Source: a virus (Duplodnaviria; Caudoviricetes). From it: DNA of 56,840 nucleotides. Below the pieces are notes generated by a model that made no database searches, was not told where the DNA came from, and saw nothing but the letters and a program-made list of their open reading frames with translations. The stretch is from positions 1 through 56,840 of the IMG/VR virus record IMGVR_UViG_3300025120_014829. One strand, written 5' to 3'. The stretch's first letter is position 1, and every line of letters starts with the position of its first letter. This document shows, in pieces, positions 48,638 to 56,840 of this stretch. The translations under genes and the position numbers were made by a program.

Positions 48638-49381
48638 TTAACTTACAGTTGGGGGCGTAAGCGGTGCAGGTCTACTAGGGCTAGTAGGCAATACTGGTGT
48701 TGAAAGATCATCAACATCGTCCGCAATACCTACCACACTGCACAAAAAAGATCCAACACCATCGATTAATGTCTCACGTAAAAGCTTGTATGTTATTTGA
48801 GCAATAAGTGTTTCACCTGCAACACCAATTAGAGTATCTAATATTTCTTCGACTTGCTCAATTGATACTTCTTTTGTTTCCTTGCCACCTTCTCTTCTCT
48901 TAAAAAGTGACTCACCATCACCAATGTCAATGTTTAACTCATACTGAGAAAAGTATTGGAGGAGCGGAGGTAAAACTTTTTTAAGGCCTAAGTTAGTCAG
49001 TGTTTGTGTGGCTGCACCTAACAATATGTCATTAAAACCTGCACATGTAATATCACCTCTTACGATAGCACCAATTTCACTAATAGGTATATAAACTACT
49101 AAATTTTCTATAAACTCCGCCATAGGAGTCCCACCCTTAATACCCATCTTATCAAAAATATTTTTAACAAAATACTTTTTAATGCTTAACACTGCTGTTT
49201 TAGGTAAGAACTTTTCTGTACCACCTAATGACCTAGATAAACCACCAACAAATTCTGAAAATCCTTCTGAAAGATGTGCTCCCGACTCAATTAAAACTCG
49301 TGCTCCACTTTCTCCAAAATGTTCTGCTAACAAAACTTCTTTTACTCGTAATCTAACCTGATATCTAGCTACTTGATCCAT
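48638..49381 (-). CDS. Hypothetical protein with a leader-like N-terminus and Pro-rich tail
   Basis: 247 aa ORF, GAGG RBS. Confidence 0.7.
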   Translation of the reverse strand: MDQVARYQVRLRVKEVLLAEHFGESGARVLIESGAHLSEGFSEFVGGLSRSLGGTEKFLPKTAVLSIKKYFVKNIFDKMGIKGGTPMAEFIENLVVYIPISEIGAIVRGDITCAGFNDILLGAATQTLTNLGLKKVLPPLLQYFSQYELNIDIGDGESLFKRREGGKETKEVSIEQVEEILDTLIGVAGETLIAQITYKLLRETLIDGVGSFLCSVVGIADDVDDLSTPVLPTSPSRPAPLTPPTVS

Positions 49382-49466
49382 TAAAACCTCACATCGATTA
49401 TACTAATTTAATTATATCATATATAACTATTAACGTTAGCCTGAATTATACTTTAATTTGAAAAAA

Positions 49467-49793
49467 TCATATTTCAACCACAAAACTATAATCACCGCTA
49501 GGTTGGATTAACTTTTTTTGATGGGGTCGACCCTTAAAAACATCAACAATTTTCAAGCTTTTATCTAAAAAAATAATTGTCAAAGGAATTGATGTCTTTT
49601 TCATTGTAAAGGCATTTCTAACTGGACTATCATACACAAAAATCATTCCACACTTTGCAGGTAATTTTTTAACCTTAGATAAACCAACTTTGCGCTTTTC
49701 GTTCGTGTCAGCAACTGCCAGCCTATAACTCTTACCTTTTATCGGTAACTTTATTTTCTTATACTTTCTAAATAATTGCTCAAAGTGCAACAC
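49467..49793 (-). CDS. DUF192 family protein
   Basis: VADT.EKR..GL, GMIFVY, FTMKKT.IPLTIIFLD, VVEI; GTG start after GGAG. Confidence 0.85.
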   Translation of the reverse strand: MLHFEQLFRKYKKIKLPIKGKSYRLAVADTNEKRKVGLSKVKKLPAKCGMIFVYDSPVRNAFTMKKTSIPLTIIFLDKSLKIVDVFKGRPHQKKLIQPSGDYSFVVEI

Positions 49794-49835
49794 TTACTCC
49801 TTTATTATATAATATATTTATAATCTGGAGTCACA

Positions 49836-50285
49836 ATGTTAATTGCATTATTATCATTATTCACAGTACACGCTGAAAATCTTGAAACTATTTACTATTG
49901 GGAGAATACTCCCGCTATTGAAATATGCCCGGAATCAAACGTTACGATCAACGAAATACAAGTAGCAATAAATTATTGGCAGACAAAAAACAACTATAGA
50001 TTTTCATATATTAACAAAGTTTCTGAGTGCCTGTATGAGAAATTTAATACAATACAAATAACGAACGGAGACAGAATTATTGATAATTCGCTAGCAACGA
50101 CCAATGTTTCCTGGTACTACTATCCTAAAATAGATCCTCATAAAAACGCAAGATATGTCTCTAACGCAATCATTAACATACCAACAAATCTTAAAAAATC
50201 ACGACAAGATATCATTACGCACGAACTAGGTCACGCATTTGGATTGGATCACTCAGATCACCCTATCATGAAAGAATATTTTTAA
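49836..50285 (+). CDS. Matrixin-like (M10/metzincin) metalloprotease with signal peptide
   Basis: HELGHAFGLDHS (HExxHxxGxxH) plus Met-turn IM; hydrophobic N-terminus ending VHA. Confidence 0.82.
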   Translation: MLIALLSLFTVHAENLETIYYWENTPAIEICPESNVTINEIQVAINYWQTKNNYRFSYINKVSECLYEKFNTIQITNGDRIIDNSLATTNVSWYYYPKIDPHKNARYVSNAIINIPTNLKKSRQDIITHELGHAFGLDHSDHPIMKEYF

Positions 50286-51510
50286 TAATACTTTCTCTGA
50301 CTAACATCCTTAATCGTTGTTCAGAGCTTTCTTTAATATTCCTTGGTTTTAAGCCAAAGTCTGGAAGATTTATGCCCTTATTTTTTAAATGTGCGTCAAT
50401 GTTCGCCGATCCCACAATTGATTTCCCATCAGCACCAATCAGAACTTCCTCTCTACCTCTTGACTTAGTCTTAAACACACTCGGATCAAAACCTATTTTC
50501 TTGAGCGACTCATCAAAAGCAGAAATAACTGTATTTTTTTCTTCATCAGGAAACTTTAATTTAGACAAAGTGTTTTTGATCTTACCTACTGCTTGCTCAT
50601 ACGCTCCCGATGTTGAAAACTTAGGACTTCCGTCTAACTTATAACCATACACTCTAACACCATCAATATGCAAACCATCAACCTTATTCAACATAGCTCT
50701 TTTCTTATCACCAATAGCAGAGGCACCAAAACCTTTATTGTGCACCACCTCAAACGTTTGATCATCAATTCTAAGAACTATCGAAGCGGCTAGTACACTT
50801 TTACCCTCACCTTTCTTAGGTACAAAACCATAATCATAGCTAGCCATGTTTTTAATTTTAGCAACGTTAAAGTTCATAAGTAGTTTTTGACCGTTGATTT
50901 TAAAGTCAACTGTTTCCATATCATTCATAACTATCTCGCCAGTAACTAAATTAGTCCCTTTTTCTATGATACTATCTATTTCCTTGTGCTTCCGAGTCAT
51001 GACTTTACCGACTATTTTTTGAAATTCTTGATTAAATGAATTAATTTCACTTTCTTGTCGGTGAACACTAGTCATTATATATTTGTCAGAAAGTAGTGAT
51101 TCTATTTCTTCACGTGATAAACCTTTGAAGTCTCTGTGCCCTTGCAAAAGATATGACATTAAAACACTTTCAGGTTTATCTAACCCTCTACCGTCATCCT
51201 TTAAACCAGTTTTTTCAAGTGTACCGTCTTTTCTCATCTTTTCATAGTTTTTTCTTGCCAAGTCTTTGGTGTAATCATCAAACCGATCTACGTATACTTC
51301 GAGATTGGGATCATCCTCAATGTTTTGTGGGTATTTACTTTTATCTTTCTTGAAAAAACCAATAAGTTTTTTACCTATAGGTAGCTCTTTAATTTTGTCT
51401 GCAACTTTTTCTACTTTGTCTGTAATCTTATTTTCAATAATATAATCTTTACTGTCACTAAATATTGAAGCTTCAATGAGCTTACTAAGATTTCTTCTAC
51501 TAATTTTCAT
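50266..51510 (-). CDS. Hypothetical protein with leader motif at both ends
   Basis: MKISRRNLSKLIE at the N-terminus; IKESSEQRLRMLVRESII at the C-terminus. Confidence 0.75.
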   Translation of the reverse strand: MKISRRNLSKLIEASIFSDSKDYIIENKITDKVEKVADKIKELPIGKKLIGFFKKDKSKYPQNIEDDPNLEVYVDRFDDYTKDLARKNYEKMRKDGTLEKTGLKDDGRGLDKPESVLMSYLLQGHRDFKGLSREEIESLLSDKYIMTSVHRQESEINSFNQEFQKIVGKVMTRKHKEIDSIIEKGTNLVTGEIVMNDMETVDFKINGQKLLMNFNVAKIKNMASYDYGFVPKKGEGKSVLAASIVLRIDDQTFEVVHNKGFGASAIGDKKRAMLNKVDGLHIDGVRVYGYKLDGSPKFSTSGAYEQAVGKIKNTLSKLKFPDEEKNTVISAFDESLKKIGFDPSVFKTKSRGREEVLIGADGKSIVGSANIDAHLKNKGINLPDFGLKPRNIKESSEQRLRMLVRESIIKNILS

Positions 51511-51552
51511 TTATTGTCTCCTAATATTTTCATTATACGAATAAGTATTTAT

Positions 51553-51996
51553 TTATTTACGCAATATTATATCAAAAACAGGCAACCGAACACCCCAGTT
51601 CTGATGTTGATCTTTTTCCATGTGATGTGCATAATGCCATGGCAACCATTTCTTTCCCCACTCCACATCAACGTGCGACCTACGATGAATGTAATAATAG
51701 GCAAACGCAGAGTACAACAGGGTCATCCAAAAATATGGTATGATAAACAACAGGGGTAAGTGAGAAAGAAGCAACAGGATCAAACCTATAACTTCGAATG
51801 TACTGCTATTTTTTGATATCTTTAAGTAGTTTTCATCATACATTTTATTATTTCTTGCTATGCGATGATGTGTTCCAAAGTGACGCTTAAAAGGACCTTT
51901 GAATCGCTTGTAATTGTGCAAAACATGTTTGTGTATAATATACTCCGCAGCGTGTCCGTAAATCCATCCTAATAAAATCTGCAAAGCAATATACAT
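51553..51996 (-). CDS. Fatty-acid hydroxylase/sterol desaturase family membrane protein
   Basis: His boxes HKHVLH, HFGTHH, HRRSH, HYAHH; NWGV...D; TM segments. Confidence 0.8.
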   Translation of the reverse strand: MYIALQILLGWIYGHAAEYIIHKHVLHNYKRFKGPFKRHFGTHHRIARNNKMYDENYLKISKNSSTFEVIGLILLLLSHLPLLFIIPYFWMTLLYSAFAYYYIHRRSHVDVEWGKKWLPWHYAHHMEKDQHQNWGVRLPVFDIILRK

Positions 51997-52029
51997 AAAA
52001 AAACCCCCTATAGTTTTATCTATAGGAGG
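51997..52029 (-). terminator. Intrinsic terminator-like hairpin
   Basis: Minus strand CCTCCTATAG-ATAAAA-CTATAGGGGG followed by T7. Confidence 0.65.
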
Positions 52030-52063
52030 ATTTATATTACTTGACTTATAATTTATAAATTAT

Positions 52064-52294
52064 TTAGCCAATTGTGGAAGTTGAGGTCTTTCCATCAATG
52101 TATGAGTTGAGAAAACTCTGGAAAGCACGAGCTTCTTTAACAGTCATCGTAATCTGTGAACGAGATGTGTAATAAGAATCATCTGGTGCGTTTGTGGTAA
52201 TAGATACTGTATTAGAACCTACTTTGTGAGACTTTGTGTCACGACTGATATTGAAATTGAAACGTTTTGTGCTTTTTGACTTATTGAATTGCAT
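52064..52294 (-). CDS. Small hypothetical protein with its own promoter and terminator
   Basis: AGGAG RBS; 76 aa; MTVKEARAFQSFL helix. Confidence 0.75.
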   Translation of the reverse strand: MQFNKSKSTKRFNFNISRDTKSHKVGSNTVSITTNAPDDSYYTSRSQITMTVKEARAFQSFLNSYIDGKTSTSTIG

Positions 52295-52348
52295 GTATTT
52301 TCTCCTGTTACTTGCTAATTATTGAATTCCTTTAAATCCAATATTAAT

Positions 52349-52377
52349 ATAATACCGAAGAATACTGTGCTTTACAA
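52349..52377 (-). promoter_or_regulatory. Sigma70-like promoter
   Basis: TTGTAA-N17-TATTAT on the minus strand. Confidence 0.55.
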
Positions 52378-52402
52378 AAGTTTTCAAATAAACTTAACTT
52401 AT

Positions 52403-53491
52403 TTACCTGTCTAAAAACAGAGAATACGACCCATCATAGTACTTTATAATAATACTAGCATTCTCAGCAGCATTAATTAAATGATGAGAGTGGTAAATAT
52501 AAGACTCATATGTTTGTTCATCAATTTTTTGCTTATATTCCTCAACAAAATCATTATAACTTTGCATCATTTCTACAAAAAATCGAATATTAACATTAAC
52601 AATCTTATCAATCCCTTCAGTATTATTGTAGATTTCTTTGGCAACCTGGTCAGGCGTTAATGATTTAATCATTTTAAAAAACACATTAAAACGATCGATT
52701 CCATCTTTTGTTGCAAATCCTCGACGAAAGTACTCAAATATTTCAGCAATTGTGGTACCACTCGAAGCGCGCTGTTCATAACTTAATTCTGATGGTGATA
52801 AACTATCTCCGGAAAAACCAAGCAGTGGTAGTAATATGTCTTTTAAAGTGTCATCAAATTCACTTTTTAGTTCATTCTCAGTGCGATTAATAAATGAAAA
52901 GACTTTGCTAAATCCAGCAGGTGTAAAGTGTTTTATATTAATACCCTTTGAATATCCTGAGTGCAAAAAGATTGTTTTAAAAAATAAATGAATAGGACTA
53001 ATTCCGTGAGCATTAGAAGTAACAAGAAAATCATCATACTTTTCACCCATCTCAATTAAATCATCCCGCGAGTCTGTTAAATAAAAAGAATTGTCATGCG
53101 CAATCTTGAAAAACACAGCAATAAAATTTACTTCTGATGTCAAATTACCTAACTTTGTCAAGTTTTCTCTACCAGAAGGTGTCATTAACTTACCAATCGA
53201 CGAAGCCCCTCTTGTATCACCACCGTGCATAGAGTACTTACTAGTAAAAAACTCTAGCCTGGATGGCAACTCTAGAGTAGAATCTGTTTTTTTAAAACCA
53301 GATCTTTGCTTAGATCTATATATCCCGTCAGGTAAAGCACGATACAGCGACAGCACACTCTGTATCATTAATCCCACAGCATGACTAGTCATCGTAGATT
53401 CTTTAAATTCGTCAGGAGCAGACTGCAAAGCTAGCGTGTGCATTAACGATTCTTGTATTAACTTTCTTAATATTTTCTTTGTTACTTTCAT
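52403..53491 (-). CDS. Hypothetical protein with leader motif
   Basis: MKVTKKILRKLIQESL N-terminus; 362 aa. Confidence 0.75.
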   Translation of the reverse strand: MKVTKKILRKLIQESLMHTLALQSAPDEFKESTMTSHAVGLMIQSVLSLYRALPDGIYRSKQRSGFKKTDSTLELPSRLEFFTSKYSMHGGDTRGASSIGKLMTPSGRENLTKLGNLTSEVNFIAVFFKIAHDNSFYLTDSRDDLIEMGEKYDDFLVTSNAHGISPIHLFFKTIFLHSGYSKGINIKHFTPAGFSKVFSFINRTENELKSEFDDTLKDILLPLLGFSGDSLSPSELSYEQRASSGTTIAEIFEYFRRGFATKDGIDRFNVFFKMIKSLTPDQVAKEIYNNTEGIDKIVNVNIRFFVEMMQSYNDFVEEYKQKIDEQTYESYIYHSHHLINAAENASIIIKYYDGSYSLFLDR

Positions 53492-53524
53492 TAAGTTCTC
53501 TTTCTTTTGTATATTATGCAGGTA

Positions 53525-54073
53525 CTAATACCGGCCTATAGCACGTATCTCTTGAATAATAATTTTTCTTATTTGATTACGTGTTAATTTCTCTTCAATC
53601 CCAGCACGTGTCCTATTGCTAGGGTTGGCATTAAAATACCTATCCATATGTATATCGTCTAAATCAATGATTCGACCTAGGTCATCTCCAGCATCTCTCA
53701 CAGCTTTATCCATCGCTAGTTCTTGTGCCTGAGACTCAATACCACCAAAACCATATATTCTACCTAGCGCATCTTTGCTTTCTTCCGGATCTTGTGGGAG
53801 ATTGCTTAAAATATCTTCTGCTCGACCTCCTAATTTCTCCATATCACCAACTTCTTGATACGCGATGTAATTATCCACGTAATTAGGCGCACCGTACGAG
53901 TCTAGAAAGCTTCTAGCTTGATTTATATCCTCTGGTGTTCCTCGATCAATCATTGCATTAATTTTTTCTGCATGAGATGCAGGAATATGTGCAGGTAACG
54001 AGGGTTTGATTCTATGCTCGAAAAACATAGCTTCACTGATTAATTTTCTTATTTGATTCCGGGTAGTTTTCAT
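53525..54073 (-). CDS. Hypothetical protein with leader motif at both ends; paralogue of 55067-55828
   Basis: MKTTRNQIRKLISEA and EKLTRNQIRKIIIQEI; shared RIKPS...VGD.EKLG domain. Confidence 0.8.
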   Translation of the reverse strand: MKTTRNQIRKLISEAMFFEHRIKPSLPAHIPASHAEKINAMIDRGTPEDINQARSFLDSYGAPNYVDNYIAYQEVGDMEKLGGRAEDILSNLPQDPEESKDALGRIYGFGGIESQAQELAMDKAVRDAGDDLGRIIDLDDIHMDRYFNANPSNRTRAGIEEKLTRNQIRKIIIQEIRAIGRY

Positions 54074-54106
54074 TATAATTCCTTTTGTTCTTAAATAATT
54101 ATGTAA

Positions 54107-54481
54107 CTACAATCCAAATAACTCATTCCGCTCATCGCTATACAGAACACGCATATGCACACTAGCATTAAGTGCCGCAGCCTTGGCCAGTCGATGATTC
54201 CCGTCGAGCACTACAACAGGGCGCTTGGTCACACGATCCACTTCAACAATGATCGGCGTCAATATATTTGCGCGCTGCACTCGATGTGTCTCGATACCTG
54301 TTATCTCGCGTGCTAGCATCTTCTTAAGTTTACACGCATTCATTGTGATCACCGGCCGTGCACGACTGTCTAAGAAACCGGTCACATCCCCTAAACTAAC
54401 AACTCGATCTCCCATATCCCAAGTCGTATTAAGGCCTGACTCACGTATTAATCGTCTTAGTTGCCGGCGAGTAATTCTCAT
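54107..54481 (-). CDS. ParB/Srx-like domain protein with leader motif
   Basis: PIIV...VLDGNHRLAKA; MRITRRQLRRLIRE. Confidence 0.75.
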   Translation of the reverse strand: MRITRRQLRRLIRESGLNTTWDMGDRVVSLGDVTGFLDSRARPVITMNACKLKKMLAREITGIETHRVQRANILTPIIVEVDRVTKRPVVVLDGNHRLAKAAALNASVHMRVLYSDERNELFGL

Positions 54482-54494
54482 TCTTTCCTCTTTT

Positions 54495-55067
54495 TTAATT
54501 AATTAACTCGTCAAGTAAGTCATTATTAGGATTGTAATACGCACCGTCTTCCCAGTCAAACTCGTACGCTCCGGTATAGTAATACTCATTTACATCGTCC
54601 ATGTTATTCAGAAGCCATCTTTCAGCTTCAGAGACAACCTTGTCGAATAGAGCTAGCAACTCTGAACTACTTAGGCTGGGGCTACCCGCCTTTTTGGCTC
54701 TCACAGCATTTTTGACTTTTTGAAAAAGTCTTTTACTCACCGGGGCTTCAACACGTCGAAATTTGGAACCATCTTTGTTGACGTATGCCACACTAAGCGT
54801 GGGTCGGCTAGACAAGCGTTCATACCCACCTCTCATCTTTACAACAGCTGGGGCATCCATTTGATCTGAGATGTCAATTAAATTTGCCGCGGACTTGAAA
54901 TACTCATCGCTGTCTCCTGACATTGTTGACACTTTCTCCCTGTATTCCGGATTATCTGATACGATCATTGACTGCGGAATGTGCCTATCTTCACCGCTTG
55001 GAAATGTGTTCGGGTCATACATGGCTTCGCTAATTAATCGTCTTAATTGTTTTCTTGTGATAATCAT
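54495..55067 (-). CDS. Hypothetical protein with leader motif
   Basis: MIITRKQLRRLISEAM; GAGG RBS. Confidence 0.75.
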   Translation of the reverse strand: MIITRKQLRRLISEAMYDPNTFPSGEDRHIPQSMIVSDNPEYREKVSTMSGDSDEYFKSAANLIDISDQMDAPAVVKMRGGYERLSSRPTLSVAYVNKDGSKFRRVEAPVSKRLFQKVKNAVRAKKAGSPSLSSSELLALFDKVVSEAERWLLNNMDDVNEYYYTGAYEFDWEDGAYYNPNNDLLDELIN

Positions 55068-55828
55068 TATGACCTCTGTATATATAGTCGTCTTGGATCT
55101 CTATGTATCTGCAACATCTTGATCGCTGTTTCTATCTTAGTGTAGATTCCATATCGGAACTGAGAACGATCACGATTAAAATCACGTAAGTCATCAGCCA
55201 TGACAATGTGAGTATAAGACTTATTAATAAATGAATACAACGCATCAATCAAGTCTTCAACTTCAACACCAATAGCAACTTCACCACCAGGTAACTCAGG
55301 TGCACGCAAGTAATACTGATCTGTCATTTCGATCTCGAGAATGCGACGCACTGCCATTTCTTGTAATAGTTTATGCTCCAAAAACATGTCCGGGTCGCGA
55401 TGCTGAGGTATAGCATTTAGATGCTCTTTGTTTCTATTTTTTGCATATCTAGTATAGTAAGAGTCATAAAACGAGTCTAGTCGATCCTCTTGTTTCTCGA
55501 AGTCTTTCATGAAATCGCGTGCTATGGCCCTTGCTCGATCGTCCACTGATTGCACATCGCCATAACGATAACCGGGATCACTAAGAATTTCAGCTGCTTC
55601 ATTTCCTAGCTTCTCTAAGTCACCAACTTTTTCGTACGTCATATAGCTATCAACATAGTCTGGGTCTCCGTCAAATGCATCTATTAGTGACTGCGCCTGC
55701 GCTAGGCGACCACCATCAATGAGACTATGTATCTTATTTAAATGCTCCGGCGGGATATTAGTAACAGAAGGCTTGATTCTCACTTCTTGTAAAATAATTT
55801 GTCGTAATTGTCTTCGTGTCACTTTCAT
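55067..55828 (-). CDS. Hypothetical protein with leader motif; paralogue of 53525-54073
   Basis: Start at MKVTRRQLRQIILQE (55828) after GGAG. Confidence 0.78.
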   Translation of the reverse strand: MKVTRRQLRQIILQEVRIKPSVTNIPPEHLNKIHSLIDGGRLAQAQSLIDAFDGDPDYVDSYMTYEKVGDLEKLGNEAAEILSDPGYRYGDVQSVDDRARAIARDFMKDFEKQEDRLDSFYDSYYTRYAKNRNKEHLNAIPQHRDPDMFLEHKLLQEMAVRRILEIEMTDQYYLRAPELPGGEVAIGVEVEDLIDALYSFINKSYTHIVMADDLRDFNRDRSQFRYGIYTKIETAIKMLQIHRDPRRLYIQRS

Positions 55829-55947
55829 TATGACTCCATGATATGATGTATATAAATAACTATCAAAGATCAACTTATTTGTCTCCGGTAAAATTTCAAT
55901 AAAAACCCCCGGTCCTCACCGGCGCGAGCTAGCCCTACCCTATGAAC

Positions 55948-55979
55948 GCCGAGTAAGACCCCGCAGGGTCCTCCTCAGC
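55948..55979 (-). other. GC-rich hairpin just downstream of the viperin operon
   Basis: GCTGAG-G-AGGACCC-TGCG-GGGTCTT-A-CTCGGC on the minus strand. Confidence 0.55.
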
Positions 55980-55986
55980 TCACACT

Positions 55987-56337
55987 CTACTTTTTCTTTC
56001 CGATACCGGTCAAATGCCACACATCATAGTACTCTGGACACTCATATACCTCTACAGCTTCACACCTAGCTTTATCATTTATCTTTGCACACACAGCTTC
56101 TATCTTATCCCGATCTAAGTAAGCACGCTTCAAACGACCTAGATGATCTCGACAACTACACACCTTATAATGCTCATCATTCGACTTCGTCCGCAAGTGC
56201 CAGTAATCACAACGTGCACATCGATAAGGCACTAACTTACGATGCTTCCGCTTACACTTCTTAGCATATCGTCGAGCCTCTGTCTTACTATGAAACACCA
56301 TCATCGGTCGACCGGTGCCTAAATGAACACAATTCAT
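55987..56337 (-). CDS. Small protein with two tandem Cys/His (Zn-finger-like) repeats
   Basis: YRCARCDYWHL and YECPEYYDVWHL, each preceded by a Cys and a K/F..xxA helix; start overlaps the viperin stop (ATGA), GGAGG RBS. Confidence 0.7.
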   Translation of the reverse strand: MNCVHLGTGRPMMVFHSKTEARRYAKKCKRKHRKLVPYRCARCDYWHLRTKSNDEHYKVCSCRDHLGRLKRAYLDRDKIEAVCAKINDKARCEAVEVYECPEYYDVWHLTGIGKKK

Positions 56338-56840
56338 TTTGACACCTCCCAAGACCAAACTCCACCGCGATCCTCAAATACATCATCGTTGAACATCGAC
56401 TCGATCTCCGACCAAGCCCGATCCATGCCTACCTCAGGAATCGGGGCACTGCGCTTGAATTCCCCTCCCACATTATTATAAAACCTCAACTTACCGTCGA
56501 GCATGCAATAACTACCAGTCATTAACTCATTCGACTCAACAACAGGCTCTAAGTGCTCATGCCGAGCAACCCAAGCCCGAAATTCCTCACTCGTGATCTC
56601 TAACTCATCCCATACATCATCATTCTCGCCTTTGATCGGTAAGGCCTGGAAAACTTTCCAGCGATGTGGCCTTAACTGCGCGACTAAGTCAGACATGTCG
56701 TCAGCCTTATTATAGTTACACACAACTGTGTTCAGCTTCAACTGATAACCGAGATCTTGTGCAGCTTGCCAGCTTACCAGCGACCGCTCGAGATGCTTAC
56801 TGTATCCCGCCTTGAGCTCGCCTGCGCGTCCTCGGCCGAT
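56334..56840 (-). CDS. Viperin (RSAD2/pVip) radical SAM homologue, C-terminal part; runs off the right edge
   Basis: Frame open to the edge: IGRG...H, KLNTVV, RWKVFQAL.I.GEND, EEF...V.RH, ESNELMTGSYCMLD..LRF, F..RGG. Confidence 0.85.
   Translation of the reverse strand: MGRGRAGELKAGYSKHLERSLVSWQAAQDLGYQLKLNTVVCNYNKADDMSDLVAQLRPHRWKVFQALPIKGENDDVWDELEITSEEFRAWVARHEHLEPVVESNELMTGSYCMLDGKLRFYNNVGGEFKRSAPIPEVGMDRAWSEIESMFNDDVFEDRGGVWSWEVSK

Noticed and set aside
55948-55980. Hammerhead ribozyme (CUGAGGA followed by a stem on the minus strand)
   Set aside because: No GAAA directly after the stem and no convincing stems I/III
1-56840. tRNA (including tRNA-Sec), rRNA, integrase or transposase genes
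   Set aside because: None recognised by eye and intergenic spaces are mostly too short; tRNAscan-SE/Aragorn would be needed to exclude tRNAs formally

Overview
AT-rich, densely packed segment that reads as part of a large (jumbo/T4-related) tailed phage genome, not a bacterial chromosome. Evidence is a gp5-like baseplate protein, a gp55-like sigma factor, a fibre-like structural protein, PhoH, UvsE and a phage-type nucleotidyltransferase, with no core host genes. Layout: 1-3 kb holds baseplate and transcription genes. About 3-29.7 kb is a ~27-gene sugar-nucleotide/glycosyltransferase island (KdsA, NeuB, two NeuA-like enzymes, WecC, Ugd, a Maf-like transferase, a carbamoyltransferase) that ends next to a Ser/Thr/Gly-rich fibre gene. 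About 33-42 kb carries PhoH, a histone H1-like protein, a degenerate GroEL and a yeaH-spoVR-prkA operon. About 42-56 kb is a family of otherwise unrelated proteins sharing an N-terminal MK(I/V)TRxQLRxLIxE leader, plus three proteases. A viperin homologue is cut by the right edge. The main find is at 43156-43803: the ORF the track stops at 43551 continues in frame through a single TGA for 83 more codons. The TGA is followed by a bacterial SECIS-like hairpin and appears to sit where related phage proteins have Cys, so this is a candidate phage-encoded selenoprotein. All family calls come from recognising motifs by eye; no searches were run.
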